From the NCBI RefSeq assembly GCF_047245525.1, contig NZ_JBKTQL010000005.1: a DNA stretch of 64,000 nucleotides; one strand, 5' to 3'. The notes below the pieces were generated by a model that was not told where the DNA came from, made no database searches, and saw only the letters and a program-made list of their open reading frames with translations. This DNA is from Eubacterium sp. GTDB lineage: Bacteria; Bacillota; Clostridia; Lachnospirales; Lachnospiraceae. Of this stretch, positions 9,486 through 18,057 are shown piece by piece. The first letter of the stretch is position 1. The number at the start of each line of letters is the position of its first letter. The position numbers and the translations under genes are program-made.

Positions 9486-9932
9486 CTAACTGTTCGTATA
9501 TTCCTTGATATTTCTGTTTACCTGTTCTGTAAACTGTTGCAGATTTTCCATTTCTTCCTTTGAAAATCCTGCAAATACTATTTCACAAAATTTGTTCTGT
9601 GCCGCACGCCCGGCTGCAATTATGTCCCTTGCTTTATCCGACACACTTAAGTGAATGGTTCTGTGATTTCCTCCCTTATGTTCCCCTAAAATCAATCCTC
9701 GTTCCTGTAAAGAGCGAATTGAAACAGATACATGGGATTTAGCAAGATGACGATATCTAACAATTTGAGTAGCTGTATCATACTGGGGATTATTTGCTAA
9801 AAACATAAGAACTGTAAACTCCATATAGGTCAATTTGTATTTTTCACAGACTGGAGATATCATATTTTTATACACTTCTTCGACATCAACACAATGTGCA
9901 AAATAATTTTTCACAAACGCACCTTCTTTCAT
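9486..9932 (-). CDS. MarR family transcriptional regulator
   Basis: LT..EF.VL.FL...KSHVS.SIRSLQERGLI winged-HTH pattern; directly upstream of the MATE gene. Confidence 0.85.
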   Translation of the reverse strand: MKEGAFVKNYFAHCVDVEEVYKNMISPVCEKYKLTYMEFTVLMFLANNPQYDTATQIVRYRHLAKSHVSVSIRSLQERGLILGEHKGGNHRTIHLSVSDKARDIIAAGRAAQNKFCEIVFAGFSKEEMENLQQFTEQVNRNIKEYTNS

Positions 9933-9968
9933 TTTGAACTGTTCGTTTTTGAACTTTAGTAGTTTACT

Positions 9969-10376
9969 CTAATCTTCATTTTTTGTCAAGTCATAGCTGA
10001 TGGTCCAAATTTTTCTCTCAATTTGCTTAATTACTTCTTTAAAGACTTCATCACTCTGCCCTGTTGGATCTGGTAAGCCCCAGTTATCATCAAAATCCTT
10101 GCCAATATACGGACATCCCACATCACATCCCATTGAAATAGCAATATCAGGTGTGGGAATTTTGTCATAAGTTTTACTATACTGCGTTTCTTCCATATCA
10201 ATTCCATATAATTCTTTCATCAATCTGACTGCGTCCTGATTTATCTGCTGTTTTGTTTCCGTACCGCAGGAATAGCACTCAAAATCATTGCCTCTCAAAT
10301 GATTGCCCAATGCCTCAGCTATCTGGCTCCTGCATGAATTATGAACACAAACAAACGCGATTTTCTTCTTTTCCAT
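9969..10376 (-). CDS. arsC: Arsenate reductase, LMW-PTP type
   Basis: CVHNSCRSQIAE P-loop, MGC...CP and W.L.DP motifs; ars context. Confidence 0.85.
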   Translation of the reverse strand: MEKKKIAFVCVHNSCRSQIAEALGNHLRGNDFECYSCGTETKQQINQDAVRLMKELYGIDMEETQYSKTYDKIPTPDIAISMGCDVGCPYIGKDFDDNWGLPDPTGQSDEVFKEVIKQIERKIWTISYDLTKNED

Positions 10377-10735
10377 TATACTCTGACCTCTTTGAGAATC
10401 TTAATAACCTCTTCTTTCTTTAATACTTTGCCAAAGGAAACAACTTTTCCGTCTATCACCAATGCAGGAGTTGTCATTACTCCATAAGAAGCAATTTCTC
10501 CCCAGTCTTTGATATGTTCAATAGTTGTATCCATACCTAATTCAGTTAATGCTTCTACTGTCGCATTTTCCAACTGATTACACTTTGCACAACCACCACC
10601 AAGAATCTTTACACCCATACTGTTTTTCTTTTCTTCTGCCTTTTTCATTGTCTCAGGTGTGCAAGTTCCACCGCAACAGCATGATGATTTTGTTTCGTCT
10701 TTCTTCTTACCTAATCCAAATAATGCCATAATCAT
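10376..10735 (-). CDS. Small redox-active disulfide (thioredoxin-like) protein
   Basis: GGGCAKC and YGVMTTPALVIDGK; N-terminal CCCGGTC extension. Confidence 0.85.
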   Translation of the reverse strand: MIMALFGLGKKKDETKSSCCCGGTCTPETMKKAEEKKNSMGVKILGGGCAKCNQLENATVEALTELGMDTTIEHIKDWGEIASYGVMTTPALVIDGKVVSFGKVLKKEEVIKILKEVRV

Positions 10736-10741
10736 TCTCCT

Positions 10742-11740
10742 TTATATCAAAAAATATTGTAATCCGTTAAATACATAACCAACCACTACAATTCCGATTG
10801 CACAGATAGCAATAAAAATTCCAAGAAGTTTTGGTTTAACTGCTTTTCTTAGCATAATCAGAGATGGAAGGCTCAATGTGGTTACTGCCATCATAAAAGA
10901 TAAAATAGTTCCAAGCTGGGCACCTTTTGCAAGCAAAGCCTCTGCAATCGGTATTGTCCCAAAAATGTCAGCATACATGGGAATTCCGATTAAGGTTGCT
11001 AATATTACACCAAAAGGATTATTACTTCCAAGAATACTTTCCACCCATACTTCTGGAATCCAGTTATGAATCAATGCACCAATACCTACACCTACCACAA
11101 TGTAAGGAAATACTTTTTTGAATGTAGATACTACCTGGTCTTTCGCATATTCCAATCTTTCCTTTTGTGTTAATGTAGGAGAGTCAATATCTACGGCACT
11201 TGCATTTCTTACAAAATCCTCCACATAATTTTCTAAATGCATTTTTTCTATGAAGGTACCACCAGCTACTGCAATCACAAGTCCGAACACAACATATACC
11301 ACTGCAACTTTTGTTCCAAAAATACTCATCAAAAGAATCAAACTGCCAAGATCAACCATAGGAGATGAAATCAAAAAGGAAAAGGTTACTCCTAACGGAA
11401 GTCCCGCACTTGTAAATCCTATAAACAATGGAATAGATGAACAGGAACAAAACGGTGTGACCGTTCCAAGCAAAGCCGCTATGCAGTTAGCAGAGATACC
11501 TTTAAATCTTCCCATGATTTTCTTACTTCTTTCCGGAGGAAAGTAGCTTTGGATATAGGAAATGATGTAGATTAAAAAGCAGAGCAGCACTGTAATTTTC
11601 AGAACATCATAAATGAAAAATTGAATGCTGCCACCCACCCTGGTATTTATATCTAATCCCATCATGGCAAGCACATTTCCTATCAGTTCATTAAGCCACT
11701 TCATTCCCAATATCTGATTCTGAATATACTCCCAAATCAT
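10742..11740 (-). CDS. arsP: ArsP/DUF318 family permease
   Basis: TPFCSCSSIP signature; ars operon context. Confidence 0.8.
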   Translation of the reverse strand: MIWEYIQNQILGMKWLNELIGNVLAMMGLDINTRVGGSIQFFIYDVLKITVLLCFLIYIISYIQSYFPPERSKKIMGRFKGISANCIAALLGTVTPFCSCSSIPLFIGFTSAGLPLGVTFSFLISSPMVDLGSLILLMSIFGTKVAVVYVVFGLVIAVAGGTFIEKMHLENYVEDFVRNASAVDIDSPTLTQKERLEYAKDQVVSTFKKVFPYIVVGVGIGALIHNWIPEVWVESILGSNNPFGVILATLIGIPMYADIFGTIPIAEALLAKGAQLGTILSFMMAVTTLSLPSLIMLRKAVKPKLLGIFIAICAIGIVVVGYVFNGLQYFLI

Positions 11741-12036
11741 GAATTACAACACCCCCCTTGACCATCAGTACAGAATAACCCTTCAATAAACTGTTTATAT
11801 TCCTTTAATGTTTCACAGTTTAAAGAATAATGACTCCATTTTCCTTCTTTCCGTGCAATTACCAAACCACACTCAGTTAGTATTCTCATATGATGAGAAA
11901 GCGTAGGTTGTGTTATTTCAAAAGCCTCCAGGAGCTTACAACCGCATTTTTCTCCCTCTGATAACATCTGGACAATTTGAAGTCTATTGCTATCTCCAAG
12001 TGCTTTACAAATAAGAGCAACATCCACAGTATTCAT
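11737..12036 (-). CDS. arsR: ArsR/SmtB family regulator
   Basis: KALGDSNRLQI, CGC, QPTLSHHM motifs; C-terminal CC. Confidence 0.88.
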   Translation of the reverse strand: MNTVDVALICKALGDSNRLQIVQMLSEGEKCGCKLLEAFEITQPTLSHHMRILTECGLVIARKEGKWSHYSLNCETLKEYKQFIEGLFCTDGQGGCCNS

Positions 12037-12047
12037 TCCAATCACCT

Positions 12048-12104
12048 CACATAGATATTTATCTATGCGTTATTATAAGTAACATATAGATGCTTGTCAA
12101 TGTG
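12048..12104 (-). promoter_or_regulatory. Sigma-A promoter of the ars operon with two probable ArsR operators
   Basis: Consensus TTGACA(12100-12095)-17-TATAAT(12077-12072); palindromic CATAGAT-N4-ATCTATG at 12050-12067 and a related site at 12083-12104. Confidence 0.8.
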
Positions 12105-12240
12105 TTTTCCAAAAAAAATACGAATCACTCGACTCATATTTTCCTTATGGGCATAAAAATTGAATTTTTGTTTCGTTTTTTATTTTTATCCTCTATATCA
12201 CGATGCTCTTTTTCTGTAGTATTCGCCACCACAAATTATC

Positions 12241-13215
12241 TCTCTATACTTTCTTATTTATTTTGAACAAAAATCCCTTTATTTTAGGCACTCTGTGCAA
12301 TTGATTACTAAGTTACAAACAATGACTCACATTTAATAACGGGCGAAAACTGTGTCTTTTCTGTTCAAAGCACATCGTTTTCCGGTCAGAATGGTGCACG
12401 AAATAAAACGTCATCTCTTTTATGAAGGCGAATCTGTGTCCCATTCTTCCCTATGGCTGCTAACCTCTCATGTCTAACAGGATCATCTTATCTGAAAGAG
12501 TCCTAAATTCCTTCGTCCAGCCTACCCATAGTGGGGTGCCGCCTCTGCTCCTATCCAGGGTCATGCCCTATAAATTATGTCTTAGCGGCTTCGCTCTGCT
12601 TTGTCATTGCCTAGAGAGCACTCCTGTAATCCAGCACCAATTGAATCCTTGGCGGACGTTATCTGTCACAGTATGTGCTTTTTGTTATGCTGCCTCTGGT
12701 CTGATGATGTCCTTTCGAAACTTTTCTTCATCAAAATCACAGCCTGTTTGTAATACTACATAAAAAATCCGGATCGCTTTACATGCCACAGCTATTTTCG
12801 CCTGCATTCCTCCTAATGGATTCTTTTTCCTGTTCCGATAATAAAGGAACACATCCTGAAAAGCAGGATTCCAATTCATCAGTGCACGCGCCGATTCATA
12901 CATCGTTCTTCGTAGTTTTCTTCTGCCCCTCTTACTGATCCTTGGCTGTCCTTTCTTTTTGCCGGAACTTTTCTTGACTATTTCAAGCCCTGCAAGTTTC
13001 TGTATCTGTTTGGGATCAGTGAAACGTCCGATATCACCAACCTCTGCAACAAAGCCAATCACAGTACTCATCCCTACTCCTTTAATGGCGAGCAGTTTCT
13101 CCACATTTGGTACTTCCAATACCTTTTCTTCCAGATATTCATCAAGTCTTTTCAGCTGTTCTGCCTTGGCGATGTAGTCATTCACAAGTATCCATATTTC
13201 TAGCCTTGCAGCTTC
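12241..13215 (-). mobile_element. IS110-family element, 3' part (transposase C-terminus plus long 3' non-coding region)
   Basis: LLAIKGVG...AEVGDIGRF....Q....AGL.....SSG.......ISKRGRRKLR in 12685-13215; outer boundary approximate. Confidence 0.8.
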
Positions 13216-13792
13216 CCATACTTCTTCTGATACAAGAGCTTCATGTAAACCATCTACTAAAAGGTAATCGTCTTTCTTAACCTGCCTGTACTCGTTCCTT
13301 GTACCATGAACCTTTTCTGTCCGTCTTCTGCATCCTGCCTTCCATTGTCTGAACACGGATGTTCTCACGTTCAATCTCTGCCACTGCTGACAGAACAGAT
13401 ATCATAAGTTTTCCGGCATCTTTAGATGAATCTATTCCATCCTCTACACAAATCAGATTCACACCAAAATCCTGCATCACTTGTAATGTTGCAAGGACAT
13501 CTGCCGCATTTCTTCCAAATCTGGAAAGCTTAAATACAAGGACATAAGACACTTCATCTTTTCCTGATTTGATATCCTCCATCATCTGATTAAATGAAAC
13601 TCTTCCCTCTATTGATTTGCCGGATTTTCCAGCATCCTCATACTCACCGGCAATTTCATATTCATTATAGTGGCAGAACGCTTTCATTTTTGTTTTCTGT
13701 GCATCCAAAGAATAGCCATCTATCTGCATGGTTGTGGAAACACGGGTGTATAAATATACTTTGATTTTTTCTTTCTTCAATTTATGTATCAC
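13207..13792 (-). pseudogene. Large serine recombinase, internally deleted and truncated
   Basis: YTRVST catalytic motif and KLSRFGRN; frame switch near 13325-13331 to GLHEALVSEEVW (recombinase-domain end); then joined to the IS110 fragment. Confidence 0.85.
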
Positions 13793-14550
13793 CTCCAGAA
13801 AGTGCAGAAACCACTGATAAATTGATACTGGCTAATGTATCCATCTGCCTGATTGCCAAATTTCTAAGCAATACGAGTCTTTCTGATTGAGATTTTCCCT
13901 GTTCAATTAAAATTGCATTATAGCTCTCCATATTTGCCAATACCAATAACTGATTTAAATTTGCACCGTCACGCACATTACCCTTTTTACTTGGATTGTT
14001 ATTTTTCCATTGCTTTGCAGTTTGTCCAAATAAAGCAACATTTAAAAGATCTGCTTCACTGGCATATGTATAGGCAATCTGTTCCGGTGTTAGTTCTGGT
14101 GGAATCAAATTTTCTTTTACTGCATCTGTGTGAATACGATAGTTCACCTTTGATAATGCTTTGTTCAAATTCCAATCCAATGACAGGCGACTATTTTCGT
14201 CCTGTTTCAGTCTGCGATAGTCTTTCATAATATACAGTTGAAATTCTGGAGAAATCCATGTTGCAAATGCCATAGCAATATCACTATGTGCATAAGTTCC
14301 TCCACCATACCTGCCCGCTTTCGACACTATTCCAATAGCATTTGTCTGTTCAATCCATTTGGTCGGTGTCATAACAAATCTGTTTAATCCCGCCTCACTT
14401 CTAACCGCCTCGAATTGCACACGGTTAAAATCCGGATCCGGCAAATTATCCAAGTCCATTGCTTCCGCATACTTTGCTACCATTTCTCCAATAAAATTTG
14501 CCAAATCACTCCAGGCATCTCTTTCTTTTAAAACCACTTTATTCTTAACC
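13782..14550 (-). CDS. KilA-N domain protein, apparently chimeric at its N-terminus
   Basis: GRYGGGTYAHSDIAMAFATWISPEF KilA-N motif; the first ~40 aa look unrelated, with a junction near TCCGGATCCGG at 14431-14441. Confidence 0.7.
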
Positions 14551-14619
14551 ATAATTAAAATCCTCTGTGACATTGTCATTGAAATCCATCGTATCCCATC
14601 CATAGTGATGTTTCTTTAC

Positions 14620-14810
14620 ACACAGATAGGATAAGATAGATATTATTAAAATTAGTATTGTTATTATTAGTCTTATTAGATTTTGATTTTTACTGTTCAA
14701 AACCTGTAAATACAAAAAGTCTGTATGCGACAAAATCAAAATTCTTAATTGTGATTTCTCCATCTTTTGTATTTTGATTTTTACGGTATGGCTATTTCTC
14801 AAAACATTTT
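14620..14810 (-). pseudogene. Possible replication initiator (RepA_N-type) remnant
   Basis: Interrupted frame ending KSNKTNNNNTNFNNIYLILS, like the Asn/Thr-rich linker of RepA proteins. Confidence 0.3.
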
Positions 14811-14869
14811 CTTAAGGTAGACCAATTTTTAAGGAATATATGCAGACTGTAGATTTTATCTGAGTATAG

Positions 14870-14918
14870 TTAATGCACATCCACCATGCTAATCTATTCC
14901 ATGGTAGATGTGCATTAA
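14870..14918. terminator. Stem-loop downstream of the vsr remnant
   Basis: TTAATGCACATCCACCATG...CATGGTAGATGTGCATTAA. Confidence 0.6.
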
Positions 14919-14921
14919 AAA

Positions 14922-15128
14922 TCACTCTATTTCCTGATCTAATATTTGATTTTGCATCTGCAAATCGAATATTGTTTCTTCAATAACATGCACACACTCA
15001 TCAGGGTTTTTCTTAATATCTTTACCCCAAAATCGGATCACTGTCCATCCAAGAAACAATAATCTTTTATTGACTTCGTCGTCTCTTTCTCTATTTCTGG
15101 ATATTTTACTTATCCAAAAGTCACAATT
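14922..15128 (-). pseudogene. vsr: Very-short-patch repair endonuclease (Vsr) C-terminal fragment
   Basis: NCDFWISKISRNRERDDEVNKRLLFLGWTVIRFWGKDI; no start codon, stop just upstream. Confidence 0.8.
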
Positions 15129-15225
15129 ATACTACATAACGAAAATAAATCCACCTTGTCAAAAGTGGGGTAAGGAATTTAGCCCCACTTCCAATAACCT
15201 AATTTCTTAAATTATTCTAATAGAA

Positions 15226-15417
15226 TTATATTAATTTACACTCATAGACTATTTTTCCGCTATCTATATCCTTATGCGGATAATCACTTAGCCCTAAATG
15301 CATATTAGGAAACAGCAACATTTCTTTATCACTAACGGACCAACTTATTTTCCCATATTCTCTCTCGTTGCACATTTTCTTAATATGATTAGAAACTCTA
15401 CTTATCTCATTTCTCAT
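15226..15417 (-). CDS. Short hypothetical ORF, probably a remnant
   Basis: AAAGGAG RBS before MRNEISR; no recognised family. Confidence 0.3.
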   Translation of the reverse strand: MRNEISRVSNHIKKMCNEREYGKISWSVSDKEMLLFPNMHLGLSDYPHKDIDSGKIVYECKLI

Positions 15418-15572
15418 ATTCTCTCCTTTTGCTAAAAAGTATCCTTTCGCCAAATTATATATCATCCGTTACCCAAAGCCTATCCCCGGGGGTTAATCAA
15501 TTCCCTCATAGCCACTCTGCAGAAACTGAAACACACATCTATTTTTCTGCCAAAATCGCATAAATCTTTGAT

Positions 15573-16994
15573 TTACTGCGGTTTTTGGGATAAAAGAACA
15601 ACCGTCTCTACATGCACGCTCTGGCCGAACATATCACAAGGAGTAGCCTCAACCAACTTATACCCATTCTCTTCCAGCCACTTCAAATCCCTTGCAAGGG
15701 TTGCACTGTCGCAGCTTACATAGACAATTCTTTCCGGATTCATTTTCACCATAGTTGCAAGAAGTGCATCATCACATCCCTTTCTTGGTGGATCCACAAC
15801 TATAACATCCGGCGTGCATTCTGGGGCATTCTTATGCTCTTCAAAATATTTAGGAATCACTTCCTCTGCTGCCCCAACGATAAATTCAGCATTGCCAATG
15901 TTATTAATGGTAGCATTTACCTTTGCATCCTCTATGGCTTCAGGAACAATTTCCACTCCTATTACCTTCTTCGCTTTTTTTGCGAGAAACAGGGAAATAC
16001 TTCCTATTCCACAATACAAATCCCAAACCATTTCATTTCCTGTAAGGTTTGCATATTCAAGTGCCTTATTATAGAGCTTCTCCGTCTGTGTAGGATTGAC
16101 CTGAAAGAATGACAACGGTGAAATTCTGAATTTAACATCACCAATATAGTCTTCTATATATCCCGGTCCCTGCAAAGTTACAATCTTATTTCCAAGAATT
16201 ACGTTGCTCTTTTCCTTATTTATGTTAATGGAAATATCAGTCATGCCCGGAATTTCCATCAATTTTTCTACCAGTATCTGTGACTTTGGAAGTTTGTCTG
16301 CATTTATGACAATAGACACCATAACCTGTTTTGTTTTGGCACCTATTCTGATAAGCACATGTCTCACAATTCCACTGTGTTTATTTTCATCATAAGGTTT
16401 AATCCCCTCTATTTTCATAAAGGTCTTAACAATATGCATTACGGAAGCATTAATATCAATTCCATCCGGTTCCATTCCAAGAAGGCATTTGTCCACCTTT
16501 ATAATGGAGTGGGTTCTACCTGCATAGAAACCGCTGGCAATATTCCCATCCCTGTCACGTCCTACAGGGAACTGTGCCTTATTTCTGTAATGGAACGGTC
16601 CGTTTTCCCTATGATTTTCCAGACACAATTCTTCCATTCCTATTATCGGTTTCATCACAAAATCCTCAATACCGCCAATGCGCTTAATATTGTTGCAGAC
16701 TTTTTCCTGCTTAAAAATAAGCTGCTGCTCATAACTCATTGCCTGCAGCTGGCATCCTCCACAGCTTTTTGCAACAGGGCATAAAGGTTCAACTCTGTAA
16801 GGCGACGGCTTAATAATCTTTATTAATTTTGCGAAAGCATAATTTTTCTTTGCCTTCATGACTTTTACTTCCACAACATCACCTATAACCGTATCTTTTA
16901 CAAAGAGGGCATAGCCATCTGCTTTGCCTATACCCTCTCCTGTTGTTCCCTGATCTGTAATTGTAATCGTTAAAACATCGTTTTTATTATACAT
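15573..16994 (-). CDS. rlmD: 23S rRNA (uracil-C5)-methyltransferase RlmD/RumA
   Basis: TRAM domain, C..AKSCGGC, YRNK, SFFQVN, DLYCGIG, VDPPRKG, YVSC, HVETV. Confidence 0.95.
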   Translation of the reverse strand: MYNKNDVLTITITDQGTTGEGIGKADGYALFVKDTVIGDVVEVKVMKAKKNYAFAKLIKIIKPSPYRVEPLCPVAKSCGGCQLQAMSYEQQLIFKQEKVCNNIKRIGGIEDFVMKPIIGMEELCLENHRENGPFHYRNKAQFPVGRDRDGNIASGFYAGRTHSIIKVDKCLLGMEPDGIDINASVMHIVKTFMKIEGIKPYDENKHSGIVRHVLIRIGAKTKQVMVSIVINADKLPKSQILVEKLMEIPGMTDISININKEKSNVILGNKIVTLQGPGYIEDYIGDVKFRISPLSFFQVNPTQTEKLYNKALEYANLTGNEMVWDLYCGIGSISLFLAKKAKKVIGVEIVPEAIEDAKVNATINNIGNAEFIVGAAEEVIPKYFEEHKNAPECTPDVIVVDPPRKGCDDALLATMVKMNPERIVYVSCDSATLARDLKWLEENGYKLVEATPCDMFGQSVHVETVVLLSQKPQ

Positions 16995-17016
16995 TTATGT
17001 AAACCACCATTTTCAA

Positions 17017-17970
17017 TTAATCAATACTTGTTCTTCTTACATTACTCTCTAGCAGTCTGTTGTATCCCAGCCATTCATCTGAGCCGGCAGTCTTGTTACT
17101 GTCAAAAATTTCTTTCATTGTTTCCATTTTGGCATCTGTATTATCTGCAAAATTAAGAGCCAACGCTTCTACTAACGCCGGTTTCTTAGGTGAACCGTAT
17201 TCCAATTCTCCGTGATGCGCCAAAATGCAGTGCTTTAATTCATTTGCCTGCTTCTGTGGGAAGTTTGGAATAGTAGCAATAATTTTTGACAACATTTCCG
17301 AGCCCATTACAATATGTCCAAGTAACTGTCCTGCATCAGTGTAATCATTTGCCGGAAAATCTGATAATTCATATACCTTTCCAATGTCATGACAGATTGC
17401 TGCCGTAATAAGCAAATCCCTATTCAAAAACGAATACTGCTTTGTATAAAAATCACACAACTTTGTTACTGACAATGTATGCTCAAGAAGCCCACCGATA
17501 AAACCATGATGAACACTCTTTGCGGCAGAATGCATTTTAAATCTTTCCGCGAAATCTTTATTGTCTACAAATAATGTTGTGAGAATCTGCTTATAATAAG
17601 AGTTATTAACACTGGCGATAAATTTAAGCAGTTCTGTCATCATTTCATCCATGTTTTTGTCAGTGCATGGCAAATAATTGGCAGTATCAACACTATCCTG
17701 ACTTACTTTTCTTGCTCTCTTTATACTAAGCTGCACCTGTCCGTTGTAGACAGTTATGTCTCCATTTACTTCAACATAATCCAGTGCATCAAAATCATCT
17801 ATTCCCATTGAACCCGGATCCCAGATTTTTGCATCAAGCTGTCCTGTTTTATCCTGTAAAATAACGTTCTCGTATTCTTTTCCTGTTTTAGTCATGGCAC
17901 TTGTTTTCTGCTTGCACAAGTACACCTCCTGAATTCTCTCTCCTTCTCTAAGGGTTTCAATATATTTCAT
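17017..17970 (-). CDS. yhaM: 3'-5' exoribonuclease YhaM family (OB + HD)
   Basis: LQDKTG...AKIW OB fold; HH...GGLLEHT, HDIGK, GHI, HHG motifs. Confidence 0.85.
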   Translation of the reverse strand: MKYIETLREGERIQEVYLCKQKTSAMTKTGKEYENVILQDKTGQLDAKIWDPGSMGIDDFDALDYVEVNGDITVYNGQVQLSIKRARKVSQDSVDTANYLPCTDKNMDEMMTELLKFIASVNNSYYKQILTTLFVDNKDFAERFKMHSAAKSVHHGFIGGLLEHTLSVTKLCDFYTKQYSFLNRDLLITAAICHDIGKVYELSDFPANDYTDAGQLLGHIVMGSEMLSKIIATIPNFPQKQANELKHCILAHHGELEYGSPKKPALVEALALNFADNTDAKMETMKEIFDSNKTAGSDEWLGYNRLLESNVRRTSID

Positions 17971-18057
17971 TTTTTGCCTCTTTCTATACTTTATTTTTAC
18001 ATTGACTTTTATTATAATTGATAATAGTTTTAAATACAAGAATTGGAGATTTATAAT

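Noticed and set aside
14922..15417. Intact restriction-modification or defence system at the rlmD site
   Set aside because: Only a Vsr C-terminal stub and an unassignable short ORF remain; no methyltransferase or nuclease gene.
15540..15620. att-site direct repeat of the rlmD 3' end
   Set aside because: No second copy of the rlmD terminal sequence was found by eye, so the element boundaries cannot be fixed.
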